Translations under genes and position numbers: made by a program
Source: Takakia lepidozioides
Lineage: Eukaryota; Plantae; Bryophyta
DNA: 64,000 nt
Assembly: GCA_030704615.1 (NCBI GenBank)
Contig: CM060733.1
Span: 39,494,001 to 39,558,000 of the forward strand
Direction of reading: 5' to 3'
The notes under the pieces: generated by a model
Database searches by the model: none
What the model saw: only the letters and a program-made list of their open reading frames with translations
What the model was told of the DNA's origin: nothing
Shown here: positions 49,908 through 61,399 of the stretch, piece by piece
Numbering within the stretch: position 1 is the first letter of the stretch
How the letters are laid out: each line of letters opens with the position of its first letter

Positions 49908-52900
49908 TTCTGGAGAATTGGGAATTCTTTTGATGAAGTACCTCCTCTACCATTCCTTTGAAGAGGGTCTGTGTAGATGGCCCACAGAAGATCTTCCCCA
50001 ACACAATTATAAGCCTACCTGTTAGATGACTTCTCAAAAGTACATACCTGGCCCTTAAGAAGGAACCCCGACCATATACTGGTTGAAATGGTTTTGCTTC
50101 CAGGCATAGAGGTAAATTGCGGAAGGGACCAAATGAGGGTCTCTCAGGCAATTATCTCTTGAACAAGCGTACTGGAAATCTGAACTACGATCAAGATGTA
50201 AAGAGTCAGATCTACATGAAGCCATGTCCTGAAAGCCTCTATTTGCCTGAAGGCGGTGCTGCATTCACATCCACAGGCTGCGTCTCTCAGCACAACCTCT
50301 ATGAAGACTGTCAGCAATGAATCTGTGAGTACCAAAAGGCTTGAAAGTTGGCGAGCGTGTAAAACCCCACAGCAGGTGATGTTGCTGTTCGACTGTGCAA
50401 TAACAGCATTTCATCACCAGTGGCAACTTCCTTGTCAACTCTTACACAGCAACTTTGCGGATCCGAGAGAGCTCCTCTTGCTGCTGTGTAACTCACTGTG
50501 CCTTTGTTGACAACCCTACTTACAGAAAGAGCTTCTGCTATGAAATACCTGAATCCCAAGACAGCTCATCCTTCTAGTGCGCTCGCAGATGCACCCTGCT
50601 TTCCCTGTAAAACTGAACTGGCTCCTGTGCACAAAACCTGATTACAACAAGGGAAATGACTGTCCCCTTCACCAGTCCTGTTTCTGCGCAGAGTCGACTG
50701 TAAAACGATGCATCAAGTCCTTGGCATACCATTGGCAGATGTAAAGGAAGGATTCACCATGTAAGACTGGAGCCAAGACATATACCCGACTGTCCTCTGA
50801 CACCGATTGTAAGCTCCCACCATGCTTATGCTGAAATGTCTGAGAGGCATCTCTCCATCTAGATTATACGGAAACCCGATCACCTGGAGCGAAAATCTCA
50901 GAATGGCGACTTCCAGAGTTCTCCACCAAAATTCCTAGGCGTCACGAGTTCCTGCCCACTTGACTAAAATGTCCACGTTGCCCTGGGTTTTTCAAATAAG
51001 ATGATCCAGCAAAGAGAAGATAAAACCTGTCAGGTTGTGGCTGGAGATCCCCCGCATACTTGAGTAGATCTTTTGGCAAGCAGAGAATGAGAGTTAGCCA
51101 CGCATAAAAGTAAGATAAGATTCGCGATTTTGCAGGCGGCATTCAACAGCAAACCATTTGAAAATCTAGTGCAACACAATTTCAAGGAAACGCCACCGGC
51201 ATCCACTACATCTCCGCTGGCCTCCAACCCCGAAAGCACCTCCTAAGTCCTAGACTACTGACTTGCGAGTGAAGGTTAGAGGCAAAAGCCTGATGAGCAT
51301 TAATCCAGGGATACAGAGAGCTCTGCAAACAAAGGATCGAATTCAGCTGAGAACCTTCTGAATATAAAAGAGAGAGGAGGAAAAAAAACGTTGCCAACAG
51401 AACTGCAGCGATGAGCTAAGAAAGAAACAGTGTTGAAGACAGATAGAGTATTGACTGAAAAAGTTGGAGGACTTGCAAAACCTTTGATGGAGCGAGAAAA
51501 GAGAGTAGGTTGTCAAGAGTAATAGACGTGCATGGAGCGATAACGGACGATAGCAGCACACACACTGCGCAAAAAGAGCGCTGGGAACCACTACAAAGAG
51601 ATCTAATCGGGGAGAGCGGGAAAAAGACGATAGATAGAGGACAACAAAGATGCTGATCGTGCAACACCTCCGATGCAGAAAGAAGGATACTACGCAGAGG
51701 AAGCAATCAAAACATGAACTGGAGTGCTGCCAAATCGAGGCGTATCCGGTGGAGATATGGATGCCAGAGAGCTGAACTTCAACACAGTTAATCCGACCGA
51801 AAATGAAAATGATGATAATGGTGACTGATGTGAAAAGAACAGCAGACGAGGTACGGCATGTGGTAAGGAGAGAGAGAGCCGATCACAGATCCAGAGAAAA
51901 TGATAGCCAAAAAAAAGAATTCCGAATGTAGGACGGAGCTTTGGACGCACAAGTTCCGCGCTGAGATGCCTCTCGCTCAAACAGATGATTAACGCAGCGA
52001 ACAAGACAGACGATAAGTTAGCAAAGGGCCTTGTCTTTGTCTCACGCGCGGGGCGTGGATGCGCACTCTCCCTCTCACACTCTGCGCGTGACCACCCCGC
52101 ACTCACGAATCTGTAGCCGGGGGAACTCCGCGCAGGAATCGGTTCCGCGTTCAACTCCTGGCAGCGACCTTTCTCATCCTGACAAATGAAAATGCGCAAT
52201 AATATCTGAGCTACGTACCTGCGGACTCTGAGTCCGACGGTGGGCATTATCGTTGAGCCCACAAAATTATTACAACTCAGCATTGTTTTTATTTCTGGCG
52301 AAATTTCGCACTTTTTCAACCTCAAGGAAAAAATAGAATATTCCGTCTTAAATTCCCTATTTTCTCATGGATGAAATCGCCAAAATTCTCCAAAAAAAAA
52401 GAATTCGCCTAATATGGATGATATAAATGGATGATATAAATGGATGAAATTACAGAGAAGAATGATTCTGTCGAAATTTCAATGGATGAACAGAAAATAT
52501 GGCTATTTCCTGCAAAACTCAGTAGCCACTCACCGTTCCCCCCCCCCCCCCCTTTCTCTCTCTGTGAGGGTTTTAGGGATAGGGTTCCCTGCAGACCCTT
52601 CAGCAAAGGTTCCCTCGACGAGGGGTCGCACCACAGAACGGCGAACATGGGGATTGTAGCCCTGGAAATTAAGTTAAGAGGAGGGTAAGGCGGAAAAAAT
52701 AACCTTCCAATTTAATTTATTTCCTGGAAAATTCGTTTGCAAGTAGGCTAGTGCAATAATGTGGGGCACGCGGGGGGTGGGTCCGGCCAAGACAAGGGGG
52801 CAAGTTGCTCTGAGCAACACGGTGACGTCATGTGGTCGCCCTGCGAAGCGCAGGATGACGAAAGCGGGGGGTGACCCGGCGGCTGTCCGGCCGATTTGAT

Positions 52901-54203
52901 CCTGCCGCGCGCTTTTAATACAAAAAGCGCTGCGCGTCCCCGCGGCCTGCGGGCTGCCGTCCGGACGGCAGGGTCTCCCGATGAACGTCATCGTCTTGGA
53001 TGTATGAAACATTCCCCGACGGATGTCGATCATTCATGTGGATGGAGATTACTGAGGTCCGGTTTCTGTTTACACATATCAATTTTGGGGAAGGCGATAA
53101 TCGAATGAATGAAATATATATGAGAGATAATTCATCCATGGGATGTACACTTACTGGGTGCTAATTATCCGCCGACACACAAACTCCAAAACTCAATAAA
53201 TAGATAAGTAAAATAAATAGCGGGGGCAGGGCCACGTGTAGCGTGACGGGGCCGCAGCGCAAGATCTATGCGGGTCCACATTAAGCCCAGTCTTCATGGG
53301 CCACGTGGAAGATCTACTTCTATGCACTTGCTCTGTCAACACGTTGCAATGCACAAAGTTGTGGATGAAGTTTGGTTACGTGGCACGGATGTCGTGGGTG
53401 TGGCCTGCGATTGCAGGGATGAATGTCATATCTGGACAGCCAACGGGGCGCAGGCAGGTGGCAGGGAGGGGGGTGTGTTTGCATAACTGACACACACGTG
53501 CGGGATGCGTGCGACGGAGAGTGGGAGGGGGTGGCAGGGTGTTGTCGTCTTCTCGGCCAAGTCGACAACTATCTGCGGGATATTTTTTGTGTTTTGTCGA
53601 CATCTGATAGAGCGTCTGTTTCGTCAAGCATGTCTGCAGACGGATGCCCCACAGCGAGCGCTGGGTCCCAGACTTCTCTCGGCCAGGGAAAACTTCTGGA
53701 GAAAGGGAGCAGGTAGGTAGGTGTCGTCTTTCCATAACCGCGCCCGTGCAGTGTTCGTGCAACGAACTTTCGAAGGACATTGGAATGCCAGAGCTATTAT
53801 GTACCGTAGGCTTCAGGTCTTGCTTGGCAAAACTGACACAGAGGAGTACAGCCAGTGCTTTGGAAGATTGAATGCACTCCACCAGCCAATGTGGATGATA
53901 GAATTGTAAGATGCAGAGTGAAAGTTGCACACTACGTTTGAGGCCATGCTTCAGTGCAATCCTAGCAGTTAAGAACGGCATCCTTTTTCAGTGGTTTATA
54001 TCACTCGAACATTTGTATGAGACTCGTCCAGTGTGGTAGAACTCTCTACAGATACCGAGAGACTTACGAGTACTTGTTCCGTTAGCAATTAACATAGGGG
54101 GACGGAGTTCCAGGGGCTCTAAGACTTATTGACTAGTGGTCCTCTTGCACAGAGTCGTCGCCATGGGGGGGAGAACTTTCACTTGCAACAAACTAATATC
54201 TGA

Positions 54204-54443
54204 TGTGACTGATAAGCTGTTATTCTCGTGAGAAACTTTGCATGTCCTTAAATCTACAAGCAAACTACTGTAAATTTGTCTCTTTTCCTTCTCATCTTCC
54301 AGGACTGGGGAGACGTTATGTGTTTGCCACTCGCTTGGAAGGAGTTGCTTGAGCTGCACTCGCATAGAGATCTAACCATTTACTGCATAATAGTATACTT
54401 CTGGTTTCTGATCTTGTAAACAAACCGCTATTCTCATCCTCAA
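54204..54443. repeat. ~240-bp inverted repeat, partner at 56576-56813
   Basis: CTTCTGGTTTCTGATCTTGTAAACAAACCGCT pairs with AGCGGTTTGTTTACAAGATCAGAAACCAGAAG, and the flanks are colinear. Confidence 0.92.
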
Positions 54444-54845
54444 TGCAAGCCTTTCGACCAGGTGCCCTTCCAGAACACAAGGACCAACATAACCTGTAGT
54501 CAACGAAGTTCTCTGCTCCCATCTGTCCGCAGACTCCAGAATTGGTAACCTTGTCACAATATCTACAGTACAGATAAAGAAGTAGAGATGAATGTTATTA
54601 AAGACAAGGTCAATGTTTAATAAAGGACTGCTATCAAACACTTAGTTTGTGCACCATGCATTGGCAACATATCAGTTCTCTCTTCCAGAGCACCAGTCCT
54701 CAAATGTTTCTGTAAACAGGGCAGCCTTAGAACTGTTCAAACGGAAAAACAAATGCTTCATGAATACTCCTTCTCTTGGTACTTTTTCTCCACCTTACTA
54801 GGCCAGGCCAAAACGAGGTGGCCTTTCATGTCTGGCAGACATGGT

Positions 54846-56929
54846 CTACTCCTTCTCTTCTTCCTTTTTCTCCTCATTAACCCACAGCGATGTGGCCTTC
54901 CCAGTCTTCGAAACACGGTTGAGCACAGCATCTGGCTTCACGTTCCCAATTACTGTCACTTTCTGCTCTTTCAAGTCAATGTCATATGATTCCACACCTG
55001 GAACCAGCGGAAGCCGAAATCAGTTCTGAAAACCTACAGTCAACCTAAAGGAGAGACAGACCACTGAACTCAGCTAATACAACCTCCAGGCCCTACACAC
55101 CTTTTCTTACCTGCAGGTCACTTGGAAGAGGATAAAATCTTTGCAATAGGTTAGTAGCAAAGGGCAACATATCAGGCCTAAGATGTTTACTGCTTATAAA
55201 TGAATGATATTAGAAGTCCTCGTGATGCCAACGGCCGTGGACGGAAGAAAAATCAGACACACAATAATGAAGCTGCATTAAAACCACAACAATCTGACAG
55301 CCGCCGTAAGTGCCACCACGACATCTGGTTGAGGAATTACAAAACCAAATGGATCCAAAGGTCCTCAAACATCTGACATACATATGAAAACCCTGATCGT
55401 GGGCTAGGAAGCTGCCTCAAAATTCTTTTGGACCCTGTCTCCTTCTACGGATACCTGTCACCTAAGCTGGAGTGAAATTTGAACACTTGTCACCTGGCTA
55501 CCAATTCTGCTCTTTGCTTCTACATGGTGATCTGACAAGTCGCCATCAGCTGCACTTTCATTCATGCTGCTTCCCCGCTTTCAGTAAAACTGAGGTAAGA
55601 AATCAACAGACCCCACAAAAACATGACTTTGTAATGGCATCCAGGATCAGGATGGTGCAAATGTGTGTGTGAAATATGTCTTGTGAAATTTGTCCTGCCA
55701 AGGCATCTAATCAGTTCCAATTGCCGTCAATCAGGCTAGGCTCAAGGTTAACAAAGCTAGTGCTGGTTTTGGAGGTCTTCAATGTGGGGGCTTCCAGGCA
55801 GAAGGTGCCTAAAGACCACCTTGCAGAAGAAGTGAATTGGTGAGTGACATTGACATTGCCACGTACCATGGTAAAGAAGATAGGAGAGGACATTTCAGCA
55901 ACAGAGACAAGCAAGAATCACTTTCAAATATAGTTCAACGAAGAAATGGCTACCATCCAGCTTGGTGATGGCTCTTCTCACAGCTCCAACGCAGCCCTCA
56001 CAGCTCATGGCCACCTTCAGAACTACCGTCTGTACAATCAGTGTAAATGTTAGTTTTGTTACACACAAAGCAGGCTCCATAACCAGCCAACGTAAGACAA
56101 GCGATGTTGCAGATAAGAGAACGTGCAAGTCCTTGTAAGCACTGGCAAACACCCGGGGTTCAATCTGTGATATTCGTGTAAATCTTGTATGAATTCTACC
56201 CTCCCTCTCTCGAGTCTGCTTTCGTCACTAATCACCGTGAAAGCTGGCCTAGCAATGTATCTTCGGTGCCCCCCGTCATACTATAAATGTCCTACCTTTT
56301 TCTGCAAAACCGCTTGGAGCAGGTTCTAAGACAAAATCGTGCAGATTTTATAAACAACTGCTATACCAGAGAGCTCTCTTCGCCAAGCAGACCAATTTGA
56401 TCCTGCTACGGGGAACAGAATCTAAAAAATCTCTCATTATATCTATGTGATAGCGCCTCTTCTCCTGTAGCATAAGGGAAATCCCTAGAGAAGATTTTTC
56501 CACTGCTCCCATACCTTTCCTGTGGCTCAATGCAGGACAGGATTTGTGTCTTTGCATAAAGTAAGTAAATGTCAAGTTGAGGATGAGAGCAGCGGTTTGT
56601 TTACAAGATCAGAAACCAGAAGTAAACTATTATGCAGTAAATGGTTAGATCTCTATGCAACTGACTAACAGCTCAAGCAACTCCTTCCAAGCGGGTGGCA
56701 AACACATAAGGTCTCGCCAGTGCTGGAAGATGAGAAGGAAAAAAGACGAATTTACAGCAGTTGCTTGTAGATTTAAGGACATGCAAAGAGAGAATAATAG
56801 CTTATCAGCCACAATCTTTCCATACACTGGAAGAAAGAGAAGGGGACCAATTCAAAGACGGTTACCGGAAGCGCGAAAAGAAAGAGAATAAAGAGGGTGC
56901 GTTTATGAAGAACGAACCTCGGCAGGCAT
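54846..56929 (-). CDS. ATX1: ATX1/CCH-family copper chaperone (HMA domain), 3 exons
   Basis: Exons 56918-56929 (MPAE), 55954-56029 ([19 protein letters not shown]) and 54846-54997 ([21 protein letters not shown]). Contains MxCxxC and KTGK motifs. Confidence 0.92.
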
Positions 56930-59041
56930 TGTGCCCGAGTGTAAGGAACGGGACGCTCACCCAAAAGTGCTTTCCTACCGACTTTTCAACCAATCTTCAC
57001 AATTCAAGGAGAGATTGCACAGAGATAGAGCGGGAAATGAGAAGCAAACAACTTCCAATACACGACGAAGGAGCGAGACAAGAAAGCCCAATGTAGAGAG
57101 AATGTTGTCAGGCGGGAAAGAGGCCGAGAAGCACACCGAAGGTCGGCGAGCGCTTCCATCTCATCCGTGTGCGGCCCTGACGTTGACCAGGCTCCCTAAT
57201 TAATGAGATGTTGATTAGTGAGTGATTAGTATCGTTTCAAGAAAGCAAACTTGTCTGCAAAGCTGCTGTGGCTTCGATCAACTCCTTTGTTGGTCTTCTT
57301 CTCTGTCTGGATACAAGGTTGACCCGACTTCAGGATCAGGTAATCTGTCACAGCTCAGTTTATGTAGCATGATCGGCAGGATATCGGTAGGCTTTCAAAG
57401 CATAAACATAAATCCCTTGAAGTGTAAGGCTGTCATGAAAATCTCACACAACAAACTGGCACGGATTCTAAAATTTGATAGATTGGTAAGCATGTAAGGG
57501 CACACCTCGAAGCTTTTGATTCAATCACCAAGCCTGAATCAACTTTGGCACAACTTGGGCGAGTCAGATTTTGCTCGCTGAGCCATTACCGGATTGTTTC
57601 TGTTATGAAATGTCCATATGTTTCATGACCACCGCTTGGCGTTGTGTGCTGTGACTGAGTGGTCTCCACTTTTGAAGATTGAGAATGTCAAATGAAGTCC
57701 AGCCACAAATGCTCCATGCCATTTGGAACACCTTTGTGTGTAGGAGAGTTTGAAATACTCAAGAGATTTGTTCTGAATCAATCCACAAATGTAAGCAGTC
57801 TAACTTGCAGGGTTTTAGCTCACTTTCCAGGATCATTGGAATGATAGAGATATTCCTGTGAATGTAAAATTGCACGTAAGGCATGGTGTAAACTGAGACT
57901 CTTGTGAACCAAACTAAGAACTTCAGATTCACCTGACATGTCTGGTACTTGGTTAGGTGAAGTAGCATCCCATCTTCAGTCCTGAAACAAAAGTGAAGGT
58001 GAAGGACCTTTTCATGCAGCATCCTTTGGCCTTGGTAACTTTCCTCTAATATTTTCATGTTAGCAGGGAGGACCCATGGCATTTGAAGTCCTGGCAGGGT
58101 TTGGAGTTCCTCTCAAAAGCTTTGTCCTGTCCGAAGGAGCTCAAAGAATAGTGATCAGTTATCTGGCAATGAAAATGCAGAGCCATACTCAGTGGAGAGG
58201 GTGGCTACCCTTAATGCTAGTGGCCACCACAGGCAGGGACTAACACTAGAAGACACAGCGAAAGGGACAGAGTGAAAAGCGAGAGTTGTGTAATGTGTAA
58301 TTGTGTAATGTGCACTTTTAATAGGTCCGGTTGATTGCTAGCTGCATGACATTCTTCTTTGACTTGAGGATCATCCTCATAGGCATCTCCCTCACCAGCT
58401 CACCCATTCCTGTCTGCCCACTTCTTTGCAAACCCTTCAATGAGGACTATTGTGAATCAGAAAATTCTCCAGTCTCTTCTTCGAGCATGGATGATGGAAA
58501 AGGTGGGCGTAGAACAAGATACAGGGCAGGGCCAATATAAGGAATCAGTGACAGTGGTAGCACCCACAAACTCTTGTCCAACCTGCAAACATTCACAACC
58601 TTGCCATAGCTTAGAACCACTCCAGCCTTTTACTCCAAGTCAGGCTTACTTCCTGAGCCTCTCCTGTTTGTTTGCTTATCTGCTGCAAACCGACATTGGG
58701 ATGAAAGTATTGACCACATAAAAGTTTTGAGCAATCCAAGACAGGCCCTCCACCTGGAGAAGGGATGTTTTGGAAAACTAAATGCTGTATTGAAGTAGTA
58801 AAGGTTTTTAGTTTTTACTCTTCTGCTCAAATGGAAGAAAGGTAACATTTATTTGTTCATTCAGTTTTGCATCCACACTGTAAGTGCTTTCTGGCTTTGG
58901 AACAAAGACTATAAAGGGCACACTTCCTGCAGATGAAGAAAACTGGTGAATGCAACAACTCAGCAACAGAAGAGCTGTGAGAGAAGAGAAACCGTGAGAA
59001 TGGAGGGTGTTGATAAGAGGAGAGTTAAAAGACAACCTCAC

Positions 59042-59668
59042 CATTTGCGGGTAGCCATGTCATTGTAGACCCAGACTGGTGCCAATGATGACAGCGTTAG
59101 AAAGTCAACAGACATCACATGTATCTGTCAACCCATGCACGTAAGAAAGGGAGTTGTGCAGAAACACATTAGCAGACATTTACCTCAGAAGTGCACAGCA
59201 TTCTACCAAGTTTTGAAAAGAATTTACTAAGGAGACGTTGTTTGGTGTAGACTTAAGACCATAGATCCCACCCCAGTTAGGGCAAGTTTCGAAAAGATAG
59301 AGAGGAATAGAGGGGAAGAAAGAGACGTTAAGTAGATTGTCAGGATAAATGTGGGGTGACTCTCTAGGATGGCCATTTAACCTCCACAAGAAGCTTTGAG
59401 CTTATGGGACCAAGAACCGCAGCAACCAGACTACTGCCACTGGCAAAAACTACCAGACCACTACAATACCGTGTAGGACCTAGAGACAAATGATCTTGAA
59501 TGACAAGCCCCTTCTTTAGCAGGATTCCCTATTGTTATAAGAAAGGGTCAGGTAGAGGTGACAACATACAAATTTGCTCTCTCTGAAGTACTGAAAAAAT
59601 TCCGTCCAAGCATCAGTACCAGCCAATGCTGCAGCCACTAAGAAACCTATTCCAAAAACTAGCACTAC
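59042..59668 (-). pseudogene. Internal exons of a conserved plant membrane protein (DUF2834-like, recalled from memory), 5'-truncated
   Basis: In-phase exons 59570-59668 (VVLVFGIG..AWTEFFQYFRESKF) and 59042-59124 (IHVMSVDFLTLSSLAPVWVYNDMATRKW) with GT-AG borders. Confidence 0.6.
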
Positions 59669-60290
59669 CTGCACCCATGAGAGAGAACATCATAAGAACA
59701 ATACCTTTCAAAAAATTCTCAAAGTGAGAACGCTAGACTGTTTCTGTCCCACCTTATGCTTGCATCCTTGCTGATTGCTACTACGCTCTGCTTTCGGGAT
59801 TGTGCGAGCTTCTCCACCATTCCGTCGCATTGTGGCCAGTACGGCACTGAGTGCTCCTGGTGAATACAGGTTTGAGCGAATTCACCCGGCATTCTTCGCG
59901 GAACTAGTTTTGCAAACTATCCTCTGCGTGAAAATTACAAATGGACAAAGGCACTTAGACTAGAAAGAGAGGACGCGGTACCGGGTCTCAGGAGTCGACG
60001 AGAAGCCTGCAATTGTGGTGTATGAGGGGGTGATGACTGACACTCTGCGACGCGTGAAGCTCCTTTCTCTTACAACTCGCTGTCTCTCAGTCGCAGGTAC
60101 TGTAATACAAGACTCATGGCACTGAGGTATGACATGAACTGCAGAAATATCCAGCTCACCATGTGTCATACCACAGTCAACCAGGGGTGGAGTTCATGGT
60201 TGCAACATTAAAGCAAAGATATACCAAATTGTCTTACCTCCTCTGTACATGGGCTATATGACTAATTCCTTACTTTTTCTGAGGTTGCAG

Positions 60291-61373
60291 TTATTGGAAG
60301 CTCGCTAGCACAAAATCCACCTCCTGGAAGTTGCTCGTGTCACCCTGCTTGGTGCTGATGGGTAAGCTCCTCAATGCTTGGCTCACACATGTGTTTACAC
60401 ACAGGATACCTGCAGGCTGACACCTATAATCAGCTCACTGCTCTTTTCCTCCATTTTCTCACTTCTAGGATTCTGGCAAGTCATTTTTGGTTCAGTAGAA
60501 GATTGCGAATTGTGCTTGCGGTTTACTGATTAGGCACACAGGGACTCATTTGTGATAATTGCCTTGACCATAAATAGGGAGTAGATCCTGAGATGGCCCC
60601 TGGGAATGGTAGGTTTCAAAAGAACTTGGAGGCAAAGTTGGTAGGTGCTGACAAGACCAAAGACCTTGCTGTCCTCCAGGTATGAATTCTTGCACTCCCC
60701 TCACAAGTTTAGGGTTTAGGGTTTAGACAGAGAGATTTGAACTTTATCATTCTGTCTCTCTTTCGTGCACACACCTGTGCATTGAAAAAGCTATATCTGT
60801 TCACCTTGGGGAGCGGGAATCTTACTGTACACATCTGACACAAATGTCTTCCTCATTTGGGTGGATCTTTACCTCCTCTTGAATAGGAATTTCTTACTGA
60901 TTGGCATGGTCTTGACTGTCCTCACTACTAGAGATCATGAAAGGTGACTATGGCCTTCCTATGACATATTGCTATTAGGCAGACTCTGTAATCAGGAAGA
61001 GCCCAACTGTTGCAGGACATGTCGAGGAAAGATAATGCTCTGTCACACAAATTGTTCCTTTAAATGTCCCGTCATAGGACCTTCAGACTCCATAATGGGT
61101 TGTTGAGGTGTTGTAGGCCTTCTGAGCATGTTTTGACATGCACTAGGTACACTTTCTGCGATAGGTGGATGCCCCGATTGAGCTTCTGCGGCCTGTCAAT
61201 ATAGGGCAGTCTTCAAAGCTCAAAATAGGACAACCGCTGTCTGGCCATTGGGAACCCCTTTGATTCATTGACAGTTGGAGTTGTGAGTGGGTTGGATCGA
61301 GATATCTTCAGCCAGACTGGTGTGGTCATTGGGGGCGGTATACAGACTGATGCTGCCATCAATCCCGGAACAG
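60291..61373 (+). pseudogene. Deg8-like (DegP/HtrA) serine protease fragment with frameshifts
   Basis: Exons 60291-60361 (VARVTLLGADG), 60613-60679 (FQKNLEAKLVGADKTKDLAVLQ) and 61165-61373 ([36 protein letters not shown]). Small indels break the frame. Confidence 0.85.
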
Positions 61374-61399
61374 GTACATTCTCCTGCTTAGGCATGAAT

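Noticed and set aside
51690-53981. ORFs of 211 aa and 201 aa between CTR1 and ATX1
   Set aside because: No recognisable domains; the composition fits UTR or promoter sequence.
60708-60726. Interstitial telomere array
   Set aside because: Under three TTTAGGG units; telobox-sized motifs also occur near 13750, 19150 and 21610.
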